A DNA stretch of 64,000 nt from Penicillus capitatus (GCA_965649825.1 OZ287705.1:954314-1018313); one strand, 5' to 3'; shown: positions 43,677 through 58,100, counted from the stretch's first letter. Notes: a model not told the origin generated them from the letters alone. Program-made: numbers and translations.

Positions 43677-46600
43677 TTATGGGGCAACAACGCTCATATT
43701 CCGAACACCAATCAGCATATTCAATGTCATCTTTGCCGAGACGACACACGGACGTGACATCTGACCCATCTTGATCATGCCTGCAGACAAGACCGTTGGA
43801 TAACAGGTCATAGGGATCGAGGTGATCGGCGGCTTACTCTGGGTTCTGCTAATCAGATAGTCCAAAACTCCCATCGTCAGTGTTCCCACTCTAGGACTGG
43901 CAGGAGTTGCATCTAGGTGGGTCACAGCCCCGCGAATCCATTCCAGTTTCGTTTCGGTATCCGTCACCAGATCGCACCCTGTTAGAAAACATCACTCAAC
44001 GAGTGGGCGTATATGAGAGAGATGTACCGATTTGGTTAAGAAGTGAGAGAAGGACACTCTGTGACAGCGGACAGGGCTCTGTCGCAAATAGGGCGGAGTA
44101 GTCCACAAAACTTATGATTCTGTTAAGCACATCAATCCGGGAAAGAGATAACGCCTTGTTAAATGCAGATTCGTAATCTTCATCTTTTAATAGCGTAAAG
44201 ATTTCTGAGATCACGACATCTGGAGTGGCACGAGCCACGGAGGGCAATCCACCCGGCGTTGGCAGCGTCTGAGAAGTGGAGGCTGTCAAAAGGGTTTGAA
44301 TGTCTTGTTTCATGGACTGAACGTCGCTGGATAGAGTGGCAATAGATGATTTCAGCGTTGCAATGTCGGTCACAGCCGTCTCGCCAAAATCTGCCAATTT
44401 GTTGATGCCACTTTGTAGAATCGTATGCGTCTGGGGTCCCAACATCGAATGCTGTCCAGCTACAGAACCAACGATCACGGGATGAACAGAAGACGCGTCA
44501 AACAAAGGCAGATTACCTAGATGTTCATTGAGACCGGCAGAGAATGCGTTTTGGATTTGGCCAAACATGTTCTGCACGGCCAATTCGAAAGCTGGCACGA
44601 TGCTGTCAGAGAAGCTCTCTCTGAAATTGGACTGAAGACCTTGGTTCACAGCAGCAGACAACGATGTAGAAATGGCACTTTCGACACAACGGCTGAGCAA
44701 TCCTGATAACTGTCGGCTCAGAAATTCAGCAAACACACGTTGAACGGCTCCCCCGACGGCTGCCCTGAGGGGATTCTTGATCTCTGTCTGGATCGTGCTC
44801 TGAATCACATCCAGCATTCCTTGCATAGCAACAGTGGCGTGCTCCCGCATACGCATATCCATATCTTCATGTCCTCCTCGATTGCTTGGATGTTGTAGAC
44901 TGTCTAGTCTTGTCAAGGTATCTTGAAAATTCACATCCAAGCGTTTGTTGACCGAATGGAAAGCGCGACCGAGTTTGTGTTCCAGCACTTGAATCATACG
45001 CTTGACATTTGAGATGGAACGCTCGAGGGTCTCCACCAAGTCTGAGAGATCTGGATTCAGTGGCAGGGCGCTGCTGTCCATCATAGAGAGATTCTGGAGA
45101 TGATGCATTTCTTTCTCCATTCTCTCGGATGCAACGAGTCCTGGCTCATCAGAATCGGTATCGGGTTTCTCGGGGCACGTTTCTGGAAGACGCTCTGCTT
45201 GAGAGACCATCAAGAGGTGCATGGCCGCAGCAGTAACGCTCTGAGAGACGGAAGAAGGCGGCTCAGGATTTGTCCCATCCAAGTTCGTCGAAATCCCATC
45301 TGTTCTGTCCGAACGATTGCGACTGTGCAAAGAGGCTGGGGGAGAAATCACTGAACCCGATGCTTGCTGTCCTTCGCTCAATGGCGTTCCAGAAGTGCTA
45401 CTCTTTGGTGTGCTGACGGTTCGTGGGAGAGGCAGGATTTGTGCTTCCGTCTCAGGAGGCAAAGGAGGTGGTCCCTGCTCGACAGGAGCGTTCAAAACAG
45501 GGGGTATAGGAATGGCCAATTCCAGATCGCTTTCTGGCACAGGAATGGGCATTGCTGCCGGCTTGGCGGCGGCCTCTGCTTGGAGTCCTGTTCCGAGTTG
45601 ATGCAAAACGTCTGGGTGCGTCAACGGTGTCTCGTGGATGATATATGGGAAGAAGGCAGTGTCCTGTCCAGCTGGGGATTGAGCCGGATGCGTTTCGCCT
45701 TCTGGGTGGGCAGGATTCGGCTCAGGGATGGACTCAGCGACAGGCTCCACATCTTCTTCTTTCTATCACACAACTGTCACATCACGCAAGAGTGAGAGAG
45801 AAACGACGCTTGCCATGACTTCGGGGAGGCAGAGGTCTGGATCGAGGATATATTGCTGAACGATCATCGGTTGAATGCAGTAGACATCAATTCCTTTCTC
45901 CACACCATCTTCTTCGCTAATCTTTTCAGAGCACTCCATGCTCACGATCTCCTGAACGAGAGGGAACTTCGTAATGCATTCAAATTGCAATTCGTCTTCT
46001 TGATGACAACGAATGGCTAACATCCATGTCCAGTGTCGTTCTGCCATCAAAAGTAGACCTTCACGTCTACTGTAATCCACAGACAATGAAGTGCATTCAT
46101 TGATTGGCGGAACGGATAAATTGAGGAGCTGAACAGGGCATGCCTGGAACTCTGCACTGCTATCTATCTTACTGCACTTCCAGCTCTTAAGCAGAATGAT
46201 ATTGGGATCGGATTCCGTAGCGTAGTTCACTGTCAAGAAGTTAAAAGATTCGGCAGAAGAACCCTCCTTGAAAACCTCGTCATCGACCAGTTCCACATGA
46301 CGCACGGGAATGCCGTCCGTGACCTGTCACATCATCACGTCATGCAGCTCAGTCTTCGTGCCTGTCTTTGATGTGACGTGCTGTACCTTGAGCTTGATGA
46401 TCGGGTCAGAGATTTCTGGGTTTTCATCTGCAAAGAGCATTGCCAAGACATCAGAAGTCGAATTCCAAATCTGCAGCATTCCGTCGGACGTGCCCACAAT
46501 CAAAGCATTATGATGGCAACGAAGAAAGGTGACATCTGCATCGAACTTCAAAAATCGAGCGGTCCGCGTCGCTCCTTCTTCGCATTTGATATCAAATTGT

Positions 46601-47330
46601 GCTTCTTCTTCGCGTCCCTCCACAACCTACAATTTGTATATGTGTTATTTGAACGCAAACATGTCGCATTTGTGTGACCTTTGCCCATTGGACAAAGACA
46701 ACCCACGTTTGAACCGAGAAGACGAAAACTTGGTCATTGTTCGGACCCCATGCCACACGAATGGGGCCATTCAAATCCACTTGTGCACACATCATCACTC
46801 TGAACTCTATTTCTTCATCTTTATCCCATACCTACACCAAAACGTCTCACTCTTTCACCTTCACACTTCTCACTCTTTTTACCTCCATCAAACTTATTTT
46901 TCGATCCATACTCGCCACCAGAAGGCGGTTCGAATCCGCTCCCAAGAAATGCACAGACATGATATCATCTTGATGCGTCTTCACCAAGACACGCGCATTG
47001 GAAAGACGATTGATAATGCGCAAGTCTCCTGACTTGAGTGCATAGCAGAGAAACCTAAACCGCTTATAACTTCGGGCACTTCATCCTCATGCCTTACGTG
47101 TTATTCGCGGCTATTTGTTTCGCGTAGGGCAAGTCAGAATTCGCAGCGTTGTCGGCCCTGAGGTGCGTTACGGTTCGCACGAGTAACTGCGGCAACGACT
47201 CTTCTTCTTCCGACTGGAACAGCTCCTCGACGTCACACTCGAGACGTCTGCTCTCATCGAATGTCAAGCGACGACCAGCATAAGACTTGCGCACAATTGC
47301 CGGAACCTCCTCTACATTGTGACACAGCAC
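43677..47330 (-). CDS. EDC4: Enhancer of mRNA decapping 4 / VARICOSE
   Basis: N-terminal QIAAN..FLCYALKSGDLRII and WD40 region; helical middle; C-terminal AFNKALSLSRIDVL...PLSQSVLLSLLNQI...KLEWI. Gene ends approximate. Confidence 0.88.
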
Positions 47331-47666
47331 GTCGCCTCATATCGACCAAGTGATCGCGTTTCGCCCTGGACCCAACGTTGCTGCCTCGTACGACCTTCGG
47401 CGGGATCGATTCTGAACTTGGCGGGCGTTGCGCGACGAGGCGGAGATGGAGGAAAGACGAGAACGAGGAAAGTGTTATGGTACCTTTCGGGGTGTGTTGT
47501 TGTTCGTCTGTCTCATCCGCGGCGCCGCTACCAGGAGCAATGGAAGCTAAGAACGACGAAAAGTCGAATTCAGACATCCCGAACAAAAACGAGTGTCATC
47601 AACGCCTCCACCAAAACGCCGTTTAATGTGGCAAAAATGCGACGCATTAAAAGCGGACGGGAGAGA

Positions 47667-50268
47667 ATGCAAGAAGAGGATACCTTGAAATTTGCGCCCT
47701 TGCAAGTGTCGTTCTCGATGTAGAGGGCTCGAGAGGGAGATACCGAATGTAGAGTCATGTGGATATCAGTTTCTGGTCGGAATTGGGACGAAGGAAGCTC
47801 GAAATCTATCGACTGTCCGAAGAGGCCGTATCCATCTGGGGTAGAGCAGCAATGTAGAGAAGGAGGTGATGTAGTGTGATTGTGTGACCAAGGATACTGC
47901 TCTGTGTCTCGACGCAGCGATGCAGCCTCGTCCGTTTTGTTGGATAGAACGTCGTTCGATCAACATCACGAACGCAAAGTGCATCTCGCCCACTGTGTAG
48001 AAATAAAAGGCGAGTGGAATTGGATGTCGTGGAGCAGGGATCGTTTAAGCTCCTGGGAGAAGTGTACGTCATGAACAACATCGAAGATTTCAAAAATTTC
48101 GACAGAAAAGCTGCTGTGGAGAAAGTGTGATCATTGCTCGATGCAAAAAGTGTGAGAAGGGAGTAATGTCGATGAAACAAGGCGGTTGAAGAAATGAAGA
48201 AGAGTATGAATGAAACGGAAGTTTATGATTGCGAGACACCAGCGGCTTACATGCTACAGAGATTTGTACTGCTGACCTATCCAGACCTGAAGAATTATGA
48301 GTATCGCTATTGGTGAGATTCTCCGCTTTGGCAAAGCGTGACAGTAAAGAGTGACCAGGTTTGCGTTTCCAGCCATCACCCCACGTACCCCCTACACAGC
48401 AGCACCTCCTCAAACACTGAGCGCCGTCTGCAGATCTGCAGATCAGGTACAGGACGCGCTTCGAAAGAGTGCTTTTCTATTTCTCTCTGGCAGTTCTGCA
48501 GAGGACTGGATGCCTGGCTTGGTCAAACAGACGGCTTTTCACGTCCTCTGTTTCGTTGTCACACATCTTTGCAGCACGACGAAGGGGGAGAGACCTTCAA
48601 AGGGATCGAAGGTTTTGCCGACCTGCAAGATTCCGAGACTGTTCTCTGCTTGCTGGATCCATGTCATCTCCCCCATAATCCAAGTTGGATCTTGCGCAAT
48701 GTTCTTGCTCTGCTGTCATCTTCAGCCACGGAATACAAAGTACTGCTGCCCGCTGTCAGTAGAGAGACAGCTCTCGAGTACAGGTTGTCTGTTTGCGCCA
48801 ACGAAACGGCAAAATCTCGTCGTTGGCATCTCTTGTGTTCACTGTGCACATCGCCAAAGAAGCCTGGGAGGACATACGTTCTGTTTCGGGTTGGGAGGCC
48901 AATCATCTGAACAAAGTCGCATCACGGTTGTCCTTCCTCACACATTTTATGCAGTACATCTCATCTCACTCAATTTCTTCCTGTACTTAGAAAAATCAAC
49001 CTTCGAAGTCAGTTCGATCCAAAGATGTTGGCAGAGGAAGCCATTGGACTGAACATTCAGCTGATGTTGTGGAGAGCTGCTCCTTCGCTCGATCTCGACA
49101 CCTTAGTGAACACGAAATGCGCGCTCATCGGTGCACATCTGTACAGATGGTATACAGTTGACATTTGTTCGTGACAGGGATGGGGACGCTGGGATGTCAC
49201 ATTGCTCGTTGTTTGCTCGGATGGGGCGTTCGGTATCTTTCTGTGATCGACTGCGGCCGCGTTTCTTTCTCGAATCCTGTTCGGCAATGCCTCTATGAAT
49301 TTGAAGATTGCCTGGAAGATGGCAAACCCAAGGCCGCTTGTGCAGCAGAGCATCTTCGCCGCATTCACCCTTCTGCCGAGATACAGAGCTATACACTGAA
49401 GGTTCCAATGCCTGGCCACCCTCCTCTTAATGCACAGGATCAGACATCAATGCAACAAGTGTGATAGATGAGATCGATCAGAGCAGCCATAAATGTGTGA
49501 CTTCAGGATACGGAACAGTTGCACTCTGTCATTGAATCCAACGACGTCGTCTTTCTTTTGACAGACAATCGAGAGAGTCGATGGTTGCCAACCGTCATCG
49601 GATCCGCTCTGCAAAAAATTGTCATCTGTGTTGCTTTGGGCTATGACTCCTATCTCATTATGCGACACGGCATGTGTGAAGAGGAGGACAATGCAGCATC
49701 AGCTTTGCGACTTGGCTGCTATTTCTGTAATGACATTCAGGCTCCGACAGAGACCACAGCACACTTGGCTCTGGACCAGCAATGCACTGTGGCACGTCCG
49801 GGACTGGCACCAATTGCATCTGCCTTAGCCGTTGAGTTATTGGTCTCGCTGTTGCATCATCCATCCAAAGCGCTTGCTGCACATGGACTGCCAGATGAGC
49901 ACGGTGGCGCAGCGATGGCATCGAGCTCAGTAGCTGCTGGTGCTTTGGGCGGCGTGCCGCACATGATAAAGGGATCCGTGTTTCATTTTTCGATGGCCTG
50001 TGCACACGGTCCTGCTTTCTACCAATGCACCGCCTGCTCAGAGGCCGTCAAAGCAGCCTATCTACAAGATCGTTGGCCCTTTGTCCTCTCCGCTATTACC
50101 GTAACACCATTCCGCTATCCGATCGGTCTCATGGACTGTGTTGTGTTCCCTGTACAGAACGACACCTTCCTGCAAGACTTGACAGGTCTAACAGAGCTCC
50201 TAGAGAAAGCAGAGGCGCTCATCGAGGCAGCAGCCAGCGATGCCGATTCTGAATTTGAAGTCTTCTAA
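47667..50268 (+). CDS. ATG7: Autophagy E1-like enzyme
   Basis: LKFAPL..VDISFWSELGRRKLEIYRL, GMGTLGCHIARCLLGWG, VSFSNPVRQ, LLTDNRESRWLP and LDQQCTVARPG. Confidence 0.95.
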
Positions 50269-50283
50269 AGAGTTGTGGCCTCC

Positions 50284-52897
50284 TTAAAACGATTTCTCTT
50301 TGATCGGACGCATGAGTCTCAATACCCACAGAGTCACAGCCATAGCGACACCCGCACCCGTACAGATCCAGAAATTCAGTCTTCCTCTCTTCAGGAGACA
50401 GACCAATGTCGGTTGTGGTCCCGAAACGCGGAGCGCTTCCAAAAGCTGCTGCAACGCTGCAAGTTCGTGTCGACACGACTGGATATAGAAAAAGGCAACA
50501 TCAAATTCGGCTCTGCCTGAATGCAGCAGCCCAACGGCCATTTTGGACCGGAAAAGATTGCTCCGGCGATAAAACTCCACACTCTCCTGCTCTTGAAACA
50601 CTTCCTACAACAGTGCATCCATATGAGATGCTTTCTCAGGGTGGCTGGTGGCTTACAGATGGTTGGCCTGTTGTGGACAGCCTCTCCATCAGAGTATACA
50701 GATCCAGGACCTGCTGCATCAACTGCGAGGCCTGCGAAAGAATTACGTTGCGCTTTGCTGAGCGTTGCAGAGAATTGGACAGCATCTGCATCGTTGACAT
50801 CTCTCCGAAAGGTGTCGGTCCAACATTCCATCGATAGTCATGCATACGTCCCTGTGCCGGTGACCAAAACTCCGACGTCTCTGCCGCAGCCCACACTGCA
50901 GAGGACGCCGTCAGGCAGCAGACGATCAGTTTTTGGGCAGACCTGTTTGGAGTAGAGACGCCATGAGGGGTCGACTAATGTTGGTCGCCGAGATGGAGAT
51001 GATCTGACCGCCACACGACATTTCGGAAAGGTATGTCCCTTCGTGTGTCCGTACGCCCAACACAAGATCCGAGAACCCAATGGACTGGGCTCCGTTTTCG
51101 AAGGACAAGGGAGAGATTTTGGCCAATTCCAGCACAAAGACGGGTACGATGCGCACATCGGGATTGGCAGAGGACAAAGGTATCTGCACATAACGATCGT
51201 CTCGCATCATCGACTGCACTTCGGGATCTGAGAACCACTTATGCAGAATCAACGAATCCAGGAACTCCGTTTCTTCCACCACTAACCCCGGCCCTGGTCT
51301 GCGTCCAGTCCGTGTCGAGAGAGCCCTAGAAGCAGAGAATAGAACAAGAAAGAGGAAGGACTGAACGCACTGAGCGTAGGCAGCTGTGCAGCTGTCACAT
51401 TGGCCAAGAGCCACATAGTAATGAAAGATCTCGATGCTCTGTCCTTTGAGATTGAGACGATTGAGCTGCTGCAAAATCTCATCCATCTCGGCCGAATGCA
51501 TCGTTTCGGTATCGGGAATGAAAGCATCGTGGATGTGCACCACCGGAAGGATCAGTTTCTTCCATGCTGGCAGCGACAGACTCAACGTCTGGGGTACCAT
51601 GAGATGCTAAACAGCACACAGGACCTGTCGAGTCATGGCTGGAAAGGGCCAGGGGTGGACTTGGATGGCGGACTGGATCATGGCAGCCAGATCGGGGACA
51701 ATGGCTTTGTTCTGTAGTCGCTTTGGATAGTTGCCCACTTTTGGAAAACTGTGCTCCATGACTTGACCAGATCCCTCACGCAAGGGTCCGTATCTAAAGG
51801 GACCTACTCACACATCACACTTTTGCCTATCCATCCATACACACAAGCAGACCGGCAGAAAGGTCCACCCACATGTAATGGGCAGCTTCGGAACCGTCTG
51901 ATGACATCCAGTAATTGCCAGGACAGCTCGACTCCCTTACACACGACAGCACTTTTCCCTCGTTTCAGATGCCAATGCAAACGATACCTGTCATCGTAGC
52001 GATAGACATATGGTATATCGACTTGGACATTGGGGTTCAGTATGTAAAGAGAAGGAAGCATGCGAGATAACTGGTACTCTGAATGCACCACAGCATCCAC
52101 CGCTTCGTAAGGAATCGATGCCATCGTGGGAACTGCACACAGACACCCATCTCACTCTTTTACCCTGCCCATAACAGTCCGACATGACAGAGGCGAGTCT
52201 ATCTGTCTGGATTGCATGCGGATGGCGTTTGCAATCGCATCTTCTGTTCGCTTTGCCGTCGTCGTCTTGGCCGAAACGGCACCATAGGTCACCTGGACTG
52301 GAATACGCTGCGCCAAACACATGCATGACCATCACACATGGTCACTCTTTCTGATATACGGCATCGTTGGAGTGGACCCTGTCATCGGCTGGATATCCCA
52401 ACGGACGGATTTCGAATGCCGTATAGAGATTTCGCAGATGTTGCATCAACATGCTTCGATCCAGTGTGACCTGCGATGCCCTAAACGGCATAGGAAGGTC
52501 AGAATACAGCACAGCGTTGTCTCTGTCTTCACCCATCCCCGTCCCATCCCACCAGGATGACGTCAATGTGGACACTCATCTTCGTGTCTCTCAGTTTCGA
52601 TCGCAGCGCTGCGAAAGAGAACGCATGATGGCTATCCCAAATGCGCTGTACGTTTTGAGGCAGCTGCACAAAAGTGTCCACCCGTGCTTCGGGATCTTCT
52701 CCCACCTTAACCCGCATGCATCTAAGCGAGGCAGTACACGCATACGAACGCACCCGGAATAGATTGCGGACGGCATTGAGTTGATGGTACTCCTCCCGCC
52801 CGTCTTCCGCGGCCCATACCACAACCAGCGCCGCCAGCCACAGTACTGCGTGGATAAACGCGTCGCGACGCATCGTACGACAAACAGCATCCATCAT
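50284..52897 (-). CDS. Conserved plant-type secreted or membrane protein of unknown function (resembles Arabidopsis At3g28720/At4g16180 from memory)
   Basis: Signal peptide (MRRDAFIHAVLWLAALVVVWA), VPVFVLEL, DYRWNVGPTPFG...KRNVIL and a C-terminal transmembrane segment. Confidence 0.7.
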
Positions 52898-53832
52898 CCG
52901 TCATCTTTCTTCTTCTTAACTCTGATCTTTAGTGACGTCCCAAAGAGTCCTTTCTTGCGTTCCTTGGCCTTGGAAGACCCCTTAGACGAAGGCTTCGCCT
53001 CTGGAAGGGACGGCTTCGGCAGTTTGGCTTTTGCAGGACTCTCCTTGTCGCTCTCTGGCCGATCCGTTTTCTGTAGTTTAGCACGTTGTTGGTAGAAGAG
53101 GGTACGGATGGTTTCTTCGTCATCGGGATCGAGTTCTTCAGAGAGGAGTCGTTTCTTTGTCTCTTTCTCCTCCTCTTCTTTTTCACTCTTTTTCAGTGCT
53201 GACAGCACTTGGTCAAAACTCAGCTTCTGTTTTCGAGCATTGAGACTCCGCAGCTCATCCAAAGCAGACAACACATCCATCTCACGTTTGCTATCCAACT
53301 GACGATTCTCCAATGCCTTGATCGCATTGCCACGTTCCTAAACAACCATCTTTGCTACGGACGTGCCATCCAATATCTGTCTGCGAAGGACCTCCTCTTC
53401 ACGCTCTTTCTGTGAGAGCTTCTTCGACTCTTCCTCCTCTCTCCATGGCTCGTAGTTCCGAGAGGCACCGGACTCCACTGTGTAATCCGAGTTCTTAGGA
53501 TCTGTCAGAATCGTATACTCTGCCGAGCAGTTGGAGCAGCGAAAGTAGAAGCGATAGATCTGGATGCCGAGATAGTTCTTCCCATGGACGTCCTCCTTTC
53601 TCGAATTGAACTTTGTTCCCTTGTACATAAAGTTCCCACATGTCTTGCATCTGAGACACCCATCAGCATTCATGCGTCTGGAGATATGTGTGAGATGTGT
53701 TGCTTGCCTGACGGACATCGGCAACATCATTCGGATCTTCATTTGATGGTCCTTTGCCATTTTGACTTTGGGTATGAGTGCCGGATCGAAATCCGGTGGG
53801 AAGTATTTGTTCAGTACTTTGCGCTCTCCCAT
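52894..53832 (-). CDS. YJU2: Splicing factor YJU2/CCDC94
   Basis: MGERKVLNKYFPPDFDP, CKTCGNFMYKGTKFNSRKE, YRFYFRCSNC and TDPKNSDY. Confidence 0.95.
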
Positions 53833-54051
53833 CCTGTCGCGTTCACGTTCAACGACGAGCCCTTCAGGCGAAAAAGATAGATGGCTGTCGCTGTCACCCC
53901 CATGAAGGCATTAAATGAAGACATCGGACGCAGGACAGGTTGCATTCCGCCGCCGCTGGTCGCCAGCGCAGAGCCGACCTTGAGAGATGATGTGACGTTA
54001 TAAGCCGCGACGACGCCGCGAGCGTCCCATACGTGCCAGTATAAACACCAC

Positions 54052-54775
54052 ATGCGGGTCGATTCTTCCTGGGGCCTCGCCGTTCTTGGTAATCACACAC
54101 AGAACTCTCCGCCTTGTCGTCATGGTCATATCATCTCCAGGCTATCTCTTCACATACTACCATACGAAGGTCTCAGATGAGAGAAAACAACGAATTGACC
54201 GCATAAACGAACAGGTGTGATGGCTGTCTGTCACCGACTGACCACCATCGACTGTGCTGTTTGCTGTGTCTGTCAGTTGCGTGAGTTCTATGGACCCTTG
54301 TTGTCGTGTGTCTCGGCATCAAAGTCATCATACGATGCCATGGTTCGGCAACACAGCCCCGACGGGACGGTTGCTGGATTTCAGCGCGCTGTCTTGGCAG
54401 ACCCCGAGGGAAAAGAAGGACAAGTATATCGTACGTGGATGCTGGAAGTGCTGCAGCCGCTCAATGAGAAGGCGTCGAATATTGTGGTCGAGCACATCGA
54501 TTTACTCGACTCGCCAAGAATTGAGCCGTTACTGTTGCAGCTGGTATCCCACGTCGCGGCATACAAAGTCATTCTCTCGAGGTGAGTGAGAATGGAGGAA
54601 AGTACTAGACGGGTGATGTGACGTTTGTATGGTGTCTAGATGGAAAGAAGGCGACGTGAAGACAGAAATCGTGGTGCTGTCTTATCCAGACCGTCTTGTC
54701 GAATACATACGATCCGAATTTGCACGATTGAAGAAATTACAGGCGCAGCTCATTGGACGCCGATCTCGTCTTTGA
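54052..54775 (+). CDS. Small conserved hypothetical protein with an N-terminal transmembrane segment
   Basis: Spliced reading LAVLGYLFTYY...RIDRINEQ|LREFYGPLL...WMLEVLQPLNE...HIDLLD...LLQLVSHVAAYKVILSR|WKEGD...YP. Start codon uncertain. Confidence 0.7.
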
Positions 54776-55125
54776 CACGATCCTATCCGGATGCAAGCGA
54801 ACGATGTGACTGAGATGTTTCTGGGAGCATCGGGGAATTTCTTCTTTGCTCTTAAGTACTGACGCCATCGGAGCACCACCACCATTGTCATTGGAATTTA
54901 AAGACCTCGGACCTACAAGGAACCAGCAGCGGACGGGGCCAGTTTTTGAGAGTTCTTAGAAAAGGGTGGCCAAGTTTCATGGGATCGATGAGAAGGGCTT
55001 CAAACGAGTTGACGTTGTTTAACACACGGACACTCAACAGGACAGAATTATGTGGCTGTGGCCTGACAGAGCATCTCATTAGATTTCTGTGAAAAAGCAC
55101 CAGACAGTAACAAGGGTTTGTTTCT

Positions 55126-58100
55126 TCATATCCAAGGCATCCATCCTTCGTACATTCTGCACAAATTGCGCATATCTGTGGCCTGTGAAATGAGCTGATC
55201 TGTAAGGTCTTGGGCTGTACATGCTTCGTTGAGAGAGTCATCCTCCGTCCATCCGTTCAATCGACGACGAAAATCGTGCATGACCGTATTGGCATAGTCC
55301 AATTGCTCAGATCTCAGTGCCTTGGTCAGCCTGGGAGCGTCGAGAGAAGGGGACCAGACGAGCGATGACGTATTGGCATCGCCGTGCATGTGTGTCTCCA
55401 CGAGATCGTTCTCTTCCGACAAGATCTCTGTCTCGACCACTCTGGGCTCCAATGAGAAATCCTCCTGCAGATCTGTCTGCGAGAAATGCTCTGTCAGGGC
55501 AACCCACGTCTTTTCTTCCCTTGATTCCTGCATCCAGTCCACGCTGCACTGGAAAACAGAAATGAGGTGTTGGCAAGTGCACTTGAGGCTTGGACAGACA
55601 TGGGCCCGTCAGAACATGCGGCTCTGCTGTATCGATCAGATCATGCATGCTTTCCGTGAGCTGATTGAGCGCGTCGACTAGACCTTCCAGCTCACCGACC
55701 CTCTGTACAGAGCGTATGCTCAACATGGCAGCGGTGTGCATAGGGAGGCATCTTTACTTGAGTGATGACTGTCTGGAAGCACTCGGTCGATGTATCTTGA
55801 TCCATCAGTCCTTCCAATAGCTTCATTTCGTTGATTTCATCAAGATCTTGATGCTCTGTGTCTTTCCATGCTGTCTGGAGCTCCACAGAGATGTCCAAAA
55901 ACGATTCAGCCGTCAGCCGGGAGTCTTGCAAGACACTCTCGAGCGTCGATTGCGCATAGCGTGCCCTTCTGTGCAACTCCTCTGTCTGCTTATGACTGTT
56001 CATCATCTTCAGCATCTCTTGCAGCCATGGACCTGAGAGATACCACATCGAAAGGGCTCATCTCCGAGGCATCGCTCACAGATTTTTTCGTTAAGACATG
56101 TCAATGCCTGGGTATGCTGTTCACTGGCTTCTTCTGTCAGCTGTACAAGTTTCTGTGCACTCTCTTGGAGCACGGGGATGTCTTCAGAAAACTGGCGTTT
56201 CCATCTTGTCCATTCCATCGACTGCTGTTCCCGTTGCAGATGAAACTCCCTGATTGCTGCTTCGCGTGAAATGAGTTGATGTTGACAGCTAGATGTCACA
56301 TCTTCTGCACATGTCAAGCTCTGCTGCTCTCGATCGTAAGCATTCAGCCACATCTCAAAATTCACAAAAGACTCGTTCTTTGGATGCTCTCCTACAAAAC
56401 AGGTCGCCTTCATCTCAATGTCTCCACTCCTGCTGGTCTTGCCTGGGTTCCATGTGTATCCCAGTCTAGACAGTTCGAACTGTATGATGATCTGTACAGT
56501 GTTGAGCATTCCAGAGATGTGCTGCGTTGCCCCTTGCCTCCATGTCTGACGCCCATCGATCATCATCTGCATCGCCTGTACAAGTTCCATAGATGCCTCT
56601 TCATCTGCACACCCCTGTAGTTGAGATATGAGATGCTGCTGTAGCTGATAAGCAGCCTCTTTGCCAAGGTTGTCACACTCCTCCACAGATGCCTGCATCT
56701 TCAGTAGATTCTCAAGGGGCTCCTTCATTTCGTCAATGAGTGTCCTGCGCTGAGGGACAGCGACATCTGCAAAGTCGCCACGCTGTCTGAGGTAGAGCTC
56801 CAGATGTGGATGTTCTCCATCCAGTTCTTCTTCATGGCACCATTCTAGGGCTGCCAAGTGATGCAGTCGGGTCTCCTGATCTGGATGATCGCCGTTTGCC
56901 CAAGACAGCAGACTCTGATGTCGCAATGCAGCACAAACATAGGAACCATGCGACACCAGACACTCCCACACTTTATTCACCTCCAGTTCAAGCAGATATC
57001 CCTCTCCTGTGAAGCTGCCGCATAAAATTTCTGCCTTGCTTCGTAGGGGACGCACCTAACATTCCGTTGACGATGGGGGACATGTTTAGGTCCGTTATGG
57101 ACACCAGTCGCGTCAAATGATCCACCAGAACTGGCCTGATTTTCTGTTCAAAGATTGCCGTATAGTGCTGATCGATCAGAGATTCCATTCGAGTACTATC
57201 TACTGTGATATCTGTCATGGCATTGTACGCAAACTGCGTCAATGTCTGCAATAGCGTGGTATTGTCGAGAAGCTCTTCCAAAGTGTATGTCGAATTTGGC
57301 AGTTGCCCAGAAGTTACCCCATGGTCGAGATGACCCCGCGGCGATCGAAATGTCCACAGATCCTTCTCTGCTGCCTTCTGTGACTCAAACACCTGTCATC
57401 GCACACCTCCTTCACACTCAGTCGGTGCTCATCGCGCATAAACCTTGAAAAAGGCATGGAGGATGGGGAAATGTGTGTTGCCCCATTCTCTGGACGAGAG
57501 ATTCAGTTCGATCGGAGGATCTTCTTCGTTTTCGATTCGGACAGATCGAGATGGAGATCCACAGAGGTGCTGCATGAATCTCTGGGTGAGAATTTCCAAT
57601 TCCCCTTCCAGAAGGGCAATTCTCTGGTTCTTGAAATCCTGGTCCTTCTCTGCGCTTGTATCCCATCGACTCTGCAGTATCTGCAATTTAGAAGTGAGAT
57701 GCTGTTGATGCTGAGCCATAGACTGAATCTCTGTCTGTGTCAAATCCACTTCCACAGCCATGCGTTCATTCAGCTTCTCCAATTCTGCCTTAGCCTTCAG
57801 CCTCTGGCCTTCATATCCTCCAACAAATTCCACGAGATCCTGATGCTGAGCTTCCAGCTCTTGATTCTTTTGATTCAGAAGGCAACACTGCTGTTGATGA
57901 TGCGCAAACCTCTCGGCCATTTCTCCTGCCTTTTCCTGCAATCCTGTCATCCAAAGAAACGAAATCAGATGCTCAGCACTGGCCTCGATCTGCCCAACCC
58001 GATTCCATGAAGCAGTGTAGATCGATGAGGGCGCCGTTGTGTATGTCTTGAACGATGATAGAGATCTGTGAGATGTATCGTTGGACGGCATCGAGCCAGC

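Noticed and set aside
46924-46940. Perfect tRNA T-arm look-alike GGCGG-TTCGAAT-CCGCT
   Set aside because: No acceptor stem or D-arm upstream, and it lies inside an EDC4 coding exon on the opposite strand (LGADSNRLL).
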